This document shows, one piece after another, positions 9,184-18,891 of a stretch of 38,984 nt of DNA. The stretch lies in the IMG/VR virus record IMGVR_UViG_3300033076_001434, positions 1 to 38,984 of that record. One strand, 5' to 3'. Within the stretch, counting starts at the first letter, position 1, and each line of letters opens with the position of its first letter. Position numbers and translations under genes: made by a program. The notes under the pieces were generated by a model. The model saw only the letters and a program-made list of their open reading frames with translations, did not search any database and was not told the origin of the DNA. The DNA is from a virus (taxonomy: Duplodnaviria; Caudoviricetes).

Positions 9184-10108
9184 AGAACATACTATATTTG
9201 TAGAAAAATATAGACCAAAAACACTTGACACTTATATCTGTGATGATCAGATTCGTGAAAAAATTCAAGAATTCATCACTAATCAAGATATTCCTCATTT
9301 GGGTTTCTTTGGTTTACAAGGTTCAGGTAAATCTACTTTAGCTAAAATATTAGTTAATAGTATTGATTGTGACTTTATTTATTTAAATGCCACTGAAAAT
9401 AGAGGTATGGATGATATTAAAGAAAAAGTAGGTTCATTTGCTTCTGCTCGTGGTTTTAAACCTTTAAAAATTGTTATTTTAGATGAGTCAACTCATATTT
9501 TACAAGCATCACAAGTATTGCTTTTGAATATGATTGAAACATATAGTTTAACTACTAGATTTATTCTAACAGGTAACTATCCAGAACGATTGATACCACC
9601 ACTTAGAAGTAGATTACAAGAGTTTAAATTAACTCCTCCATCTAAAAAAGTAGTTGCAAAACATGTTTATGAAATTCTAAATCAAGAAAATATTGAGTTT
9701 AAATTAGAAGATTTAGCCTCAGTAGTAAATAGTTCTTATCCTGATTTTAGAAAAATTATTAATGATTGTCAAAAATATATTATTGATAATAAACTCACAT
9801 TACCTTCAACATTAGGTAAAAATGAGGATGTTCAAAGCAAAATATTAGATGAATTAAAGAAACCATCTAATAAAACATTCAGTATTATTAGACAGATTAT
9901 CGCGGATAATGATTTATCTTCGTTTGAAGACGTTTTTAAACACCTATATGAAAATACAAATGAGTATGCTGTAGGATGTGAAGGACAAATAGCAGTTATC
10001 ATTAATGAGTGTCTTTATCAATCTAATTTTAGAGTAGATTTAGAAATTAATTTTATGTCAGCTATTTCTAGAATTATTGAAACTTTAAAAATAAATAAAA
10101 GAATATGA
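9170..10108 (+). CDS. Clamp loader AAA+ subunit (RFC small subunit/T4 gp44-like)
   Basis: VEKYRP, Walker A GLQGSGKST, Walker B ILDE, LRSR arginine finger, PDFRK. Confidence 0.93.
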   Translation: MAITKEHTIFVEKYRPKTLDTYICDDQIREKIQEFITNQDIPHLGFFGLQGSGKSTLAKILVNSIDCDFIYLNATENRGMDDIKEKVGSFASARGFKPLKIVILDESTHILQASQVLLLNMIETYSLTTRFILTGNYPERLIPPLRSRLQEFKLTPPSKKVVAKHVYEILNQENIEFKLEDLASVVNSSYPDFRKIINDCQKYIIDNKLTLPSTLGKNEDVQSKILDELKKPSNKTFSIIRQIIADNDLSSFEDVFKHLYENTNEYAVGCEGQIAVIINECLYQSNFRVDLEINFMSAISRIIETLKINKRI

Positions 10109-10347
10109 AAAATAACCAAATGAACCTCAACATCGACCTATCTAAAACCACATCTGTAGAAACTCCATCAGGTGGTAAAATTTGGAGTCAAGGAGTTATC
10201 CTTCGTAAAGTATCTCGTTTTGTAGTTGGTGCTGATGAAGACGCACTCATTCCAATTCCAGTATTTTATGATGTAGAAAGTGGAGAAATTTTGCTTGAGA
10301 CATTGCCTAAGGAATTAAGAAAAGAATACGGCGGTGACAATATTTGA
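10105..10347 (+). CDS. Hypothetical protein between clamp-loader subunits
   Basis: 80 aa ORF overlapping both neighbours. Confidence 0.7.
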   Translation: MKNNQMNLNIDLSKTTSVETPSGGKIWSQGVILRKVSRFVVGADEDALIPIPVFYDVESGEILLETLPKELRKEYGGDNI

Positions 10348-10753
10348 TTGGCTTAAGGAAATTACAGGAACAAAAAAACAATGGTCTTCATTTAATGAGG
10401 ATGACCAAAAGCAATTTAACCCTTATATGGTTCATAGATACATTAGTATGTATGAACCTTATATTGAGGTAGCTAATTTTGCTCAAACCTTACCTCAAAA
10501 TGATAAAGAAAAAATATACCAATTCTACTGCAGTATGATACCTAAAAATAACGTTTGGTTAAAATATGTAAAAGGTTCTAAAAAGAAACCTAATGAAAAA
10601 ATACTTAAATGTATTGCTGATTATTATACTGTTTCTTTAGGTGAAGCGGAAGATTATCTTTATATTTTGAAAAAAGAAGGAGTTAGTTTAGTTCTTGAAA
10701 AATCTGGCCTTGATGAAAAAGAAATTAAAAAACTATTAAAAGAAATCAAATGA
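10334..10753 (+). CDS. Putative clamp loader small subunit (T4 gp62-like)
   Basis: IFDWL..I, FNPYMVHRYISM, YQFY..MIPK, IADYY.VS..EA pattern typical of gp62; GTG start. Confidence 0.65.
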   Translation: MTIFDWLKEITGTKKQWSSFNEDDQKQFNPYMVHRYISMYEPYIEVANFAQTLPQNDKEKIYQFYCSMIPKNNVWLKYVKGSKKKPNEKILKCIADYYTVSLGEAEDYLYILKKEGVSLVLEKSGLDEKEIKKLLKEIK

Positions 10754-11007
10754 CAAAAAACAGTGATATTTACAATGTGAGTTTTAATCACCCACAAACA
10801 AGAACAATAGTAAAAACAGATTCAATTGTAGACTCAGTTATTGATGAGCATATTAAGAGAGCTGAGATGGGTAAAAATAAATACAATAATACTCTAGATA
10901 GAACAGATCTATCAGTAATTGATTACTTGCAACATGCTAAAGAAGAAGCAATGGATTTAGCTCTATATTTAGAGAAAACAATTCAAATGCTTAAAGGTAA
11001 AAAATAA
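10750..11007 (+). CDS. MazG-like all-alpha nucleotide pyrophosphohydrolase (putative)
   Basis: G..KY..TL...YLQHAKEEAMDLALYL with EExxD metal motif. Confidence 0.55.
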   Translation: MTKNSDIYNVSFNHPQTRTIVKTDSIVDSVIDEHIKRAEMGKNKYNNTLDRTDLSVIDYLQHAKEEAMDLALYLEKTIQMLKGKK

Positions 11008-11010
11008 GTT

Positions 11011-11967
11011 TTGGCTAAAAAGAAAAAAATACCGTCAATAGTAAAACAAATTCAAAAACATACTCTTAAAGAAATCAATTACGCCACTGAGAAAGCAATC
11101 TCATATAGTCAGATTTCTATGTTTTTGGGTTGTCCTCATAAATGGGCTCTACAGTATAGAGACGGTTATTACACATATGAACCTTCTATACATACCCTGT
11201 TCGGAACTTCATTACACGAGGCATTACAACACTATATAACAACTATATACAATGAAAGTGGTGCTGCCGCTGATAGAATTGATATAGAAGCATATTTTGA
11301 AGAACGTGTTAGAGAAAATTACCAATCTGAATATAAAAAGAACAATAAAACCCATTTCACAAACCCTGTTGAATTAAGAGAATTTTATGAGGATGGAGTT
11401 AAAATTCTTAATTTTGTTAAGAAAAAACGTAGTGGGTATTTTGGTAAAAAAGGATGGTACTTAGTAGGATGTGAATTACCTATCTTATTAACTCCACATC
11501 CAGAGTTTAAAAATATTTTATATAAAGGTTATTTGGATATTGTTTTATATCATGAACCAACCAATACATTTAAAATTGTAGATATTAAAACATCTACTAA
11601 AGGTTGGGATGATAAAACTAAAAAGGATGAAACAAAACAACTCCAATTAGTTTTATATAAAAACTTTTTTTCTAAACAGTTTGGTGTACCTGAGGAAAAT
11701 ATTGATATTGAATTTTTTATAGTTAAAAGAAAAATATGGGAAGAATCACCTTATCCAATATCTAGAATACAAGAGTTTGTTCCAGCAAGTGGTAAAGTTA
11801 AATTAAATAAAGCAATTAAAACAATAGATTCATTTATTGAAAATATATTTAATCATGATGGTTCTTATAAGGATAATAAATTTGAACCAAATCCTGATAA
11901 ATGGAACTGTACTTTTTGTCCTTTTAAAAATAATAAAGATCTTTGTTCCGTAGGTGTATCTTCATAG
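11011..11967 (+). CDS. PD-(D/E)XK nuclease, Cas4/RecB-like with Fe-S staple
   Basis: SYSQ...CP, G...H, E...GYLD...VDIKT, QLVLY, C-terminal CTFC..C; TTG start. Confidence 0.85.
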   Translation: MAKKKKIPSIVKQIQKHTLKEINYATEKAISYSQISMFLGCPHKWALQYRDGYYTYEPSIHTLFGTSLHEALQHYITTIYNESGAAADRIDIEAYFEERVRENYQSEYKKNNKTHFTNPVELREFYEDGVKILNFVKKKRSGYFGKKGWYLVGCELPILLTPHPEFKNILYKGYLDIVLYHEPTNTFKIVDIKTSTKGWDDKTKKDETKQLQLVLYKNFFSKQFGVPEENIDIEFFIVKRKIWEESPYPISRIQEFVPASGKVKLNKAIKTIDSFIENIFNHDGSYKDNKFEPNPDKWNCTFCPFKNNKDLCSVGVSS

Positions 11968-12008
11968 ATCCTAATATATTTATATACGATATTAAATTAA
12001 TAAAAGCT

Positions 12009-12203
12009 ATGACAAATAAAAAGGATATGACATTAACCTCTGTGAAAGTACAGAGTGAGTTATTTGAACAGTTCAAAATTAATTGTGTTAAGTACAAATT
12101 TTCTTTACAAAAGCTTGCAGATCGAGCTATTCATTTGTATATTACAGATGAAGATTTTAGAAAAAAGATTCACAGTCACAATAATTTAGACATTAAAGAT
12201 TAA
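12009..12203 (+). CDS. Putative ribbon-helix-helix DNA-binding protein (start revised to 12009)
   Basis: LTSVKV strand followed by two helices (ELFEQFK..., SLQKLADRAIHLY); ATATTTATA at 11976. Confidence 0.55.
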   Translation: MTNKKDMTLTSVKVQSELFEQFKINCVKYKFSLQKLADRAIHLYITDEDFRKKIHSHNNLDIKD

Positions 12204-12213
12204 AATTAGTTAC

Positions 12214-13650
12214 ATGAAAGATAAATTTGGTTATTTACCTCCTGAACAGAGGAAAAAGATTTTGCTTATCTGTGATGACATTAGAGTTCATTCAGGTATT
12301 GCAACAGTTGCTAGAGAAATAGTTATTCACACAGCACATCACTTTAATTGGGTTAACATAGCTGGAGCTATTCAACACCCAGAAAAAGGACAAAGATTTG
12401 ATTTAAGTGAAGACACTAACAAAACAGCAGGTATTAAAGATTCATCAGTATTTTTATATCCTGTAGATGGTTATGGTGATGCAGAATTAATCAGACAAAT
12501 GATTAAATTTGAAAAACCAGATGCTATCATGTTGATCACAGATCCAAGATATTTTGTTTGGTTGTTTTCTATTGAAAATGAAATCCGTAAACATATTCCT
12601 ATTACTTATCTAAACATTTGGGATGATTATCCAGCACCACTTTATAATAAACCATATTATGAAGCATGTGATTTATTGATGGGTATTTCAAAACAAACTG
12701 TTAATATTAATAAATTAGTATTAGGAGATAAAGCAGATAATAAAATTATCACTTATGTACCTCATGGATTAAATAGTGATATTTTTAAACCTTTAGATAA
12801 AAATGATTCTGTTTTGAAAGAATTTAAAAAACAATTATTTAAAGGTAAAGAATATGATTTTGCTCTATTGTTTAATTCTAGAAACATTAGACGTAAACAA
12901 ATCCCAGATACAATTTTAGCATATAAGTATTTTATTGATCAGTTACCTGAATCTGAAGCTAAAAAATGTGCTTTAGTATTACATACAGAACGCATTAGTG
13001 AACATGGTACTGATTTAGATGCTGTAATTGAATTGTTATGTAATGAACCAAAATATAATATTATATTCACTGACGCTAAGTTTGATGCTTATCAAATGAA
13101 TATGTTATATAATAGTACAGATGCTCAAATCTTATTAACATCTAATGAAGGTTGGGGATTAAGTTTAACAGAAGCTATTTTAGCAGGTAGACCTATTATT
13201 GCTAACGTGACTGGAGGTATGCAAGACCAAATGAGATTTGAAGATGAAGATGGAAATTGGTTTACACCAGACGCTGAAATTCCCTCAAACCATAATGGTA
13301 CTTATAAAAAATGTGGTGAATGGGCATTTCCAGTATTTCCAAGTTCAAGAACATTAGTTGGTTCACCTCCAACACCTTATATTTGGGATGACACTTGCAA
13401 TCCAGAAGACGCAGCTAAACAAATTATGGCTATCTATAATTTGGCTCCTGAACAGCGTGAAGAAAGAGGATTAAAAGGTAGAGAATGGGCTACAGGAGAT
13501 GAAGCAGGATTTACATCTAAACATCAAGCAGAAAGAGTTATTAATGTTATGGATGAATTGTTTGATACTTGGGAACCAAGAGAAAAATACGAACTTATTA
13601 ATGTTAATGACTACCCAGACAGAACTTTAAAGCATAAATTATTATATTAA
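12214..13650 (+). CDS. Glycosyltransferase, GT-B fold (GT4-like)
   Basis: SGIA, VPHG, RNIRRK, SNEGWGLSLTEA..GRPII...GG. Confidence 0.9.
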   Translation: MKDKFGYLPPEQRKKILLICDDIRVHSGIATVAREIVIHTAHHFNWVNIAGAIQHPEKGQRFDLSEDTNKTAGIKDSSVFLYPVDGYGDAELIRQMIKFEKPDAIMLITDPRYFVWLFSIENEIRKHIPITYLNIWDDYPAPLYNKPYYEACDLLMGISKQTVNINKLVLGDKADNKIITYVPHGLNSDIFKPLDKNDSVLKEFKKQLFKGKEYDFALLFNSRNIRRKQIPDTILAYKYFIDQLPESEAKKCALVLHTERISEHGTDLDAVIELLCNEPKYNIIFTDAKFDAYQMNMLYNSTDAQILLTSNEGWGLSLTEAILAGRPIIANVTGGMQDQMRFEDEDGNWFTPDAEIPSNHNGTYKKCGEWAFPVFPSSRTLVGSPPTPYIWDDTCNPEDAAKQIMAIYNLAPEQREERGLKGREWATGDEAGFTSKHQAERVINVMDELFDTWEPREKYELINVNDYPDRTLKHKLLY

Positions 13651-13651
13651 A

Positions 13652-14959
13652 ATGAAACCGTTATTTATAATTAGTTGTCCTATTGATACCTATAGTGGGT
13701 ATGGAGCTCGTTCTAGAGATTTAGTTAAAGCTATTATTGAGCTTGATAAATACAATGTACAAATTTTACCTCAACGTTGGGGAGGTACACCTTGGAATTT
13801 TATTGAAGACCATTTTGAGGAATGGGGTTTCTTACAGAAACATTTATTAACTACTCCTCAATTACCAAAACAACCTGAGATTTGGGCTCAAGTAACAATC
13901 CCAAATGAATTTCAACCTGTTGGAAAATATAATATTGGTTTCACAGCTGGGATTGAAACTACAGTTTGTGCTCCTGATTGGATTGAAGGTCTAAATAGAA
14001 TGGATGTAACATTTGTATCATCAGAACACTCTAAAAAAGTATTTGAAGAAAGCAAATTTGAACAAAGAGATGAAAGAACAAACCAGATGGTGAAAATGAT
14101 TGAGTTACAAAAACCAGTTGATGTTTTACTTGAAGGAGCTGATCTAAATACTTATTTACCAATCCCAACAAAAGAAGTTACAGATATTGACTTGAATGGA
14201 GTTAAAGAACAATTTGCTTATTTGTTTGTTGGACATTGGATTAATGGAGATTTAGGTGAGGATAGAAAAAATGTAGGTTTATTGATTAAAGCGTTTTTTG
14301 AAACATTTAAAAACAAATCTAAAAAACCAGCATTGATTTTAAAAACTTCACAAATTGGTTCTTCTTATGTTGACAGAGAAGAAATCATTAAGAAAATAAA
14401 AATGATTTGTAAAACAGTAAATTCTAATGATTTGCCTAATGTTTATCTTCTCCATGGTGAATTCTCAGATAAAGAAATGAATCAATTATATAATCATCCT
14501 AAAGTAAAAGCGATGGTTAGTTTAACTAAAGGTGAAGGTTTTGGTCGTCCATTACTTGAGTTTAGTTTAGTTAAAAAACCAATCATTACTACAGGCTGGT
14601 CGGGACATATTGATTTTCTAAACTCAGAGTTTGTTCCTATGATTGGAGGTCAATTAACTAATGTTCATCCTAGCGCAGCTAACCAATGGTTAATTAAAGA
14701 ATCACAATGGTTTTCTCCTGATATAAACCAAGTAGGTTTTTATTTAAAGGATGTATTTGAAAACTATAAAAAATATCAAGAAGGAGCTAATCGTCAAGCT
14801 TATAGAAGCAAAACATTGTTTAGTTTTGAAAAAATGAAAGAAACAATTGATGCTTATTTAACTAAGTATGTACCTGAGTTTCCTAAACAAGTAGAAATTA
14901 AGTTGCCTCAAATTAAAAAAATTGAATTACCTAAAAAAATTGAAATAAAAAATGGATAA
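13652..14959 (+). CDS. Glycosyltransferase, GT-B fold (GT4-like)
   Basis: SGYG, DRKN, KGEGFGRPLLEF...PIITTGWSGHIDF. Confidence 0.88.
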   Translation: MKPLFIISCPIDTYSGYGARSRDLVKAIIELDKYNVQILPQRWGGTPWNFIEDHFEEWGFLQKHLLTTPQLPKQPEIWAQVTIPNEFQPVGKYNIGFTAGIETTVCAPDWIEGLNRMDVTFVSSEHSKKVFEESKFEQRDERTNQMVKMIELQKPVDVLLEGADLNTYLPIPTKEVTDIDLNGVKEQFAYLFVGHWINGDLGEDRKNVGLLIKAFFETFKNKSKKPALILKTSQIGSSYVDREEIIKKIKMICKTVNSNDLPNVYLLHGEFSDKEMNQLYNHPKVKAMVSLTKGEGFGRPLLEFSLVKKPIITTGWSGHIDFLNSEFVPMIGGQLTNVHPSAANQWLIKESQWFSPDINQVGFYLKDVFENYKKYQEGANRQAYRSKTLFSFEKMKETIDAYLTKYVPEFPKQVEIKLPQIKKIELPKKIEIKNG

Positions 14960-15407
14960 TCTAATCACTTGTACCCACTGCGGTTCAGACGCCTGTTATG
15001 TTGAAGAAGTAAATGCTGATATTAAAACTTACTTTTGTTATGGATGTGGTTTTCAAACTAATTCATTAATGAAAGAAGGTGAAGCATTTTATGAAACACA
15101 AATTCAAACTTTACCTGAATTGTATAAGGACTTAATGTCTAAAGATGAAGATGGTAAAATATGGATGCCATCAGCGATAAATCTTCCTCAACAAGGTATG
15201 GTGTTTGCTAATGGTTCTAATGTTGAAAATTGGATGTGGAGTGCTGTTAAAGCTGTTCCTGTAACAGAAGAGGAAAAAACCAAATATCCAATACCAGGTA
15301 AAAAAGATCAATACTATGAGTGGAGAATGGATATGACTACAATATCTCATTTCCCTCAAGGTGATTATATGGAAGCCCTTTCATACATTGGAGTACTACC
15401 AGAATGA
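14952..15407 (+). CDS. Hypothetical protein with N-terminal zinc ribbon
   Basis: CTHC...CYGC. Confidence 0.7.
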   Translation: MDNLITCTHCGSDACYVEEVNADIKTYFCYGCGFQTNSLMKEGEAFYETQIQTLPELYKDLMSKDEDGKIWMPSAINLPQQGMVFANGSNVENWMWSAVKAVPVTEEEKTKYPIPGKKDQYYEWRMDMTTISHFPQGDYMEALSYIGVLPE

Positions 15408-16012
15408 TTAGTATAGCAATCACTGTCTGTAACGAACACCAGGAGTTAGAGACTCTTCTTGATTATCTTCAAGAACGAGCTCTCTCTCCTGAGTATGAGA
15501 TCGTAGTGCAAATTGATCAAGATAACCATACTAAAGAAGTAATAAGTGTTATTCTTGATAGAGGTATTAAACATTGGTTTTTTCCTTTAAATAAAGATTT
15601 TGCTTCATATAAAAATGAACTTTCAAAACATTGTTCTGGAGAGTTTATTTTTCAAGTTGATGCAGATGAATTAGTCGCTCCTGAGATGTTAGGGTTGTTG
15701 CCTAAAATTCTTGAATCCAACCCTGAAGTTGATTTGTACTATGTTCCTAGAATTAATACTGTAAGTGGTATCACTCAGGAACATATACAAAAATGGAACT
15801 GGAGATACGAAAATGAAAGAGTAAATTGGCCTGATTATCAGACTAGAATTTATAGAAATTCTTCAGAGGTTAAATGGAAAAACGCAGTTCATGAAGTAAT
15901 TGAGGGTTATAAACAATATACTGTTCTACCCGCTGTAGATGAATTAGCTTTGATTCATCATAAAACAATAGAAAAACAAGAGAAACAAAATAATTTTTAT
16001 AATACAATATGA
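15404..16012 (+). CDS. Glycosyltransferase family 2
   Basis: ISIAITVCNE, DFASYKN, QVDADE (DxD), PDYQTRIYRN, VHE. Confidence 0.9.
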   Translation: MISIAITVCNEHQELETLLDYLQERALSPEYEIVVQIDQDNHTKEVISVILDRGIKHWFFPLNKDFASYKNELSKHCSGEFIFQVDADELVAPEMLGLLPKILESNPEVDLYYVPRINTVSGITQEHIQKWNWRYENERVNWPDYQTRIYRNSSEVKWKNAVHEVIEGYKQYTVLPAVDELALIHHKTIEKQEKQNNFYNTI

Positions 16013-16239
16013 GTCAAAAATACCCAAATATGAAATCAACAGTTAATACTCAAGGTGAAGTAGTAACTCAAATCATTCATTTTGTTGGTGGTGTTAAAAG
16101 AACTTATCATGGTATTTTATCCGCTTCTATTAAACAAGGACAATTTACTAAATTTAAATGTACTGATGGAAGTATGGTTATGATAAATGATAATAATGTT
16201 TTATGTATTGAAGTATTTTCAGAAGGGGAAATAAAATGA
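16009..16239 (+). CDS. Hypothetical protein
   Basis: 76 aa ORF with ATGA overlaps on both sides. Confidence 0.7.
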   Translation: MSQKYPNMKSTVNTQGEVVTQIIHFVGGVKRTYHGILSASIKQGQFTKFKCTDGSMVMINDNNVLCIEVFSEGEIK

Positions 16240-16739
16240 TAGTAGGAAATGGTAGTATAGCTAGTGTACTTACTGATAGAGATGATTTAGTGTTTTTTGC
16301 TTCTGGAGTTAGTAATAGCGCTTGTATAGATGAAAAAGAATATAAACGTGAATTTGATCTATTAAAAACAATCCCCTCAGATCAACATATTGTTTATTTT
16401 TCTAATTTAGGAATTTATTATAAAGAAGATAGATACACCAACCATAAAAGAGAAATAGAAGATTATATTAGAGATAATTTTAAAAGTTATACTATTGTTA
16501 GGATTGAAGTTTGTGTTTGGGCTAAAACACCTAATACAATTTTAAATTTCTTTAAACGCCAATTAAAAGAAGGCATTGAACCCACAATCCAGGATACAAC
16601 AAGATATGTCTTAAGTTTGGATGAGTTCCTTTATTGGGTTAACTTGATAAAATCAGGCGTGAGAAACGAAATGAATATATTTGGTAGAAAAATGACTATT
16701 GCTCAAATAGTAGATGAAATTAAACAAGGAAAACTATGA
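16236..16739 (+). CDS. Short NAD-dependent epimerase/dehydratase-like (SDR) protein
   Basis: MIVGNGSIA, FFASGVSNS, VYFS, YTNHK (YxxxK); only 167 aa. Confidence 0.65.
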   Translation: MIVGNGSIASVLTDRDDLVFFASGVSNSACIDEKEYKREFDLLKTIPSDQHIVYFSNLGIYYKEDRYTNHKREIEDYIRDNFKSYTIVRIEVCVWAKTPNTILNFFKRQLKEGIEPTIQDTTRYVLSLDEFLYWVNLIKSGVRNEMNIFGRKMTIAQIVDEIKQGKL

Positions 16740-17656
16740 TAAAAGTTAAATTATTTTATTTAATAATGCCTTGGCAAATAGATTATGCTTTATTATCTTA
16801 TACCCAATTTAAAAAATCTAAATATTATTTAAGTAATGATGTTGAAGTCACTATAGACACGCATTTAAACTTATCTAACCACATAATTGATTGGGACAAT
16901 AGCCAATTACCAAAAGAATTTTTTATTAAAAAATATAACGATTTAGCTATTTTATTAAAAGATTACAAACATAATTCTATCATTTATGATGGAGATGAAA
17001 ATTATGGTTTATTAGATATGCAGAAAATAGCATACGGGGAAGAATTTGATTATTATATTCCTGTATGCCCAGATATGTACTTTAGTGAGACATTATTATC
17101 TTCATTAATAGAATCAGCTAAATTAGTACCTAATAAATATTTTGTTGTAACTCCTGAAATACATAAAATGTGGGACTGGACATGGGATGAAATTACTAAT
17201 CAAAAATACATGACTGTACCTTATGAACAATGGAACGGAACTGATATTTTTGATATTAGACATGATTTAAAAACATCAAACCAAGATATGTATCTTGACC
17301 CTATTAATAAGAGTAAATTCGCTATTTGGTTTGACATTTATAATAAAGCATTTTATGAAGATTTATGCCCAGTACATGATGATTGGACAGGATATGGACC
17401 TTGGGATTGGTACTCAATGATGTTATCTGACCATGCTAAAAATAAAGGTGTAGACTTTCAAGAGTATGTTTTGAGAGGTCAAACAATTTTTGAATATTCA
17501 ATAGGACCTTTAAAAGATAGAGATTTTACTAACTATTATAAAGACTTCTTAAAAATTAAAATTGGAGCTAAAGAGCAAAGAGATAAATTTGAAGCTAAAA
17601 TGAATGAATATCTTTCAAAAGGAGTACAAATGTTACAAGAAAAAAATATATTATGA
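16736..17656 (+). CDS. Hypothetical protein, possible GT-A glycosyltransferase
   Basis: CPD at a DxD-like position, GYGPWD motif, glycan-locus context. Confidence 0.4.
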   Translation: MIKVKLFYLIMPWQIDYALLSYTQFKKSKYYLSNDVEVTIDTHLNLSNHIIDWDNSQLPKEFFIKKYNDLAILLKDYKHNSIIYDGDENYGLLDMQKIAYGEEFDYYIPVCPDMYFSETLLSSLIESAKLVPNKYFVVTPEIHKMWDWTWDEITNQKYMTVPYEQWNGTDIFDIRHDLKTSNQDMYLDPINKSKFAIWFDIYNKAFYEDLCPVHDDWTGYGPWDWYSMMLSDHAKNKGVDFQEYVLRGQTIFEYSIGPLKDRDFTNYYKDFLKIKIGAKEQRDKFEAKMNEYLSKGVQMLQEKNIL

Positions 17657-18288
17657 TAAAAGAAAACTATTCAGGAGAAACAATCGACAGTTTAATTCCT
17701 TTCTTTAAACTGAATGTTAAAGGAATATTACATGTTGGTGCTCACAAATGTGAAGAACAAGATGTATATTTAAAATACACATCAAATGAAAACATATATT
17801 GGGTTGAGGCTATAGATTATTTAGTTGAAGAAAATCTAAAATCAAAGCCTGAATTAAATTTAATTAATGAATGTATAGGTGATGTTGATGGTAAAGAAGT
17901 AACTTTTAAAATATCAAATAACACTTTAAGTTCATCTATGTTAGAATTAGGTGAACATAAAAACCTTCACCCAAATGTATCTTTTGTTAAAGTTTTAGAT
18001 AAAAAAACAAAAACATTAAAAACAATTTTAGAAGAAAACAAAATAGAAAATAAATTTAATTTATTAGTTCTAGATCTTCAAGGTGCTGAATTGTTAGCTT
18101 TGAAGGGTTTAGGTGATTTATTAGATAATTTTGATTTTATTTATACTGAAGTAAATGAAAAAGAAATTTATTTAGATTGTGTCCTATTAAAGGATCTGGA
18201 TATTTATCTAAGTAATTTAGGTTTTAATAGAAAATATTTAAATACACTTAACAGTTATGGAAACGCTTTATACATCAAAAAACATTGA
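17653..18288 (+). CDS. FkbM-family SAM methyltransferase
   Basis: LHVGAH, WVEA, SSSML, LDLQGAELLALKG, YTEV, GNALY. Confidence 0.9.
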   Translation: MIKENYSGETIDSLIPFFKLNVKGILHVGAHKCEEQDVYLKYTSNENIYWVEAIDYLVEENLKSKPELNLINECIGDVDGKEVTFKISNNTLSSSMLELGEHKNLHPNVSFVKVLDKKTKTLKTILEENKIENKFNLLVLDLQGAELLALKGLGDLLDNFDFIYTEVNEKEIYLDCVLLKDLDIYLSNLGFNRKYLNTLNSYGNALYIKKH

Positions 18289-18880
18289 TGAATTAAACAC
18301 TAGAGGTTTTACTTATTTAGATGATGTTTTACCTTTAGATTTAGCTAATCAACTACATGAGCTTTACGCTCAAGAACAAGAATGGAATCTACTTGATCAA
18401 GTTAGAGAACATCATTATAGTCATGTTTTCAAATCTCCTAATCCATTTTTACCTCAAGAAGGAGAAGCATATTCAGCTAAATTTAATAGATCTACTTCTT
18501 TAGAAAACAATGAGATAGTCAAAAACACTTTTAATAATTACTTAGTACCTATTATTAAAGGCATTTCACCATTTGAAATGAGTGAATATGATGTTAGATG
18601 CTATAAACTAGATTCAGGCGATCATTATAGAACTCACATTGATGATTATGCTGGTACTATTAATATGATTTATTATGTGAATAAGGAATGGAGATGGGAT
18701 TGGGGAGGAATATTAAATGTATTATCTCATGATGATTTAGAATTCTGTGAATCAGTATTTCCTAAATTTAATAGAGTAGTATTATTAAATAATAAAGTAT
18801 TTAGAGCTCCTCATTTTGTTAGTACAGTAGAAAAATATGCTTTAAATCCTAGATATTCTATTGTATCTTTTAATAAATAA
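18257..18880 (+). CDS. 2OG-Fe(II) oxygenase (prolyl-hydroxylase-like)
   Basis: HID, YYVN..W..DWGG, PKFNR, H-FVS..V...RYSI facial triad plus Arg. Confidence 0.88.
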   Translation: METLYTSKNIDELNTRGFTYLDDVLPLDLANQLHELYAQEQEWNLLDQVREHHYSHVFKSPNPFLPQEGEAYSAKFNRSTSLENNEIVKNTFNNYLVPIIKGISPFEMSEYDVRCYKLDSGDHYRTHIDDYAGTINMIYYVNKEWRWDWGGILNVLSHDDLEFCESVFPKFNRVVLLNNKVFRAPHFVSTVEKYALNPRYSIVSFNK

Positions 18881-18891
18881 AAAACAAATTA

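Noticed and set aside
11011-12213. CRISPR-Cas locus around the Cas4-like gene
   Set aside because: No repeat-spacer array or other cas genes seen
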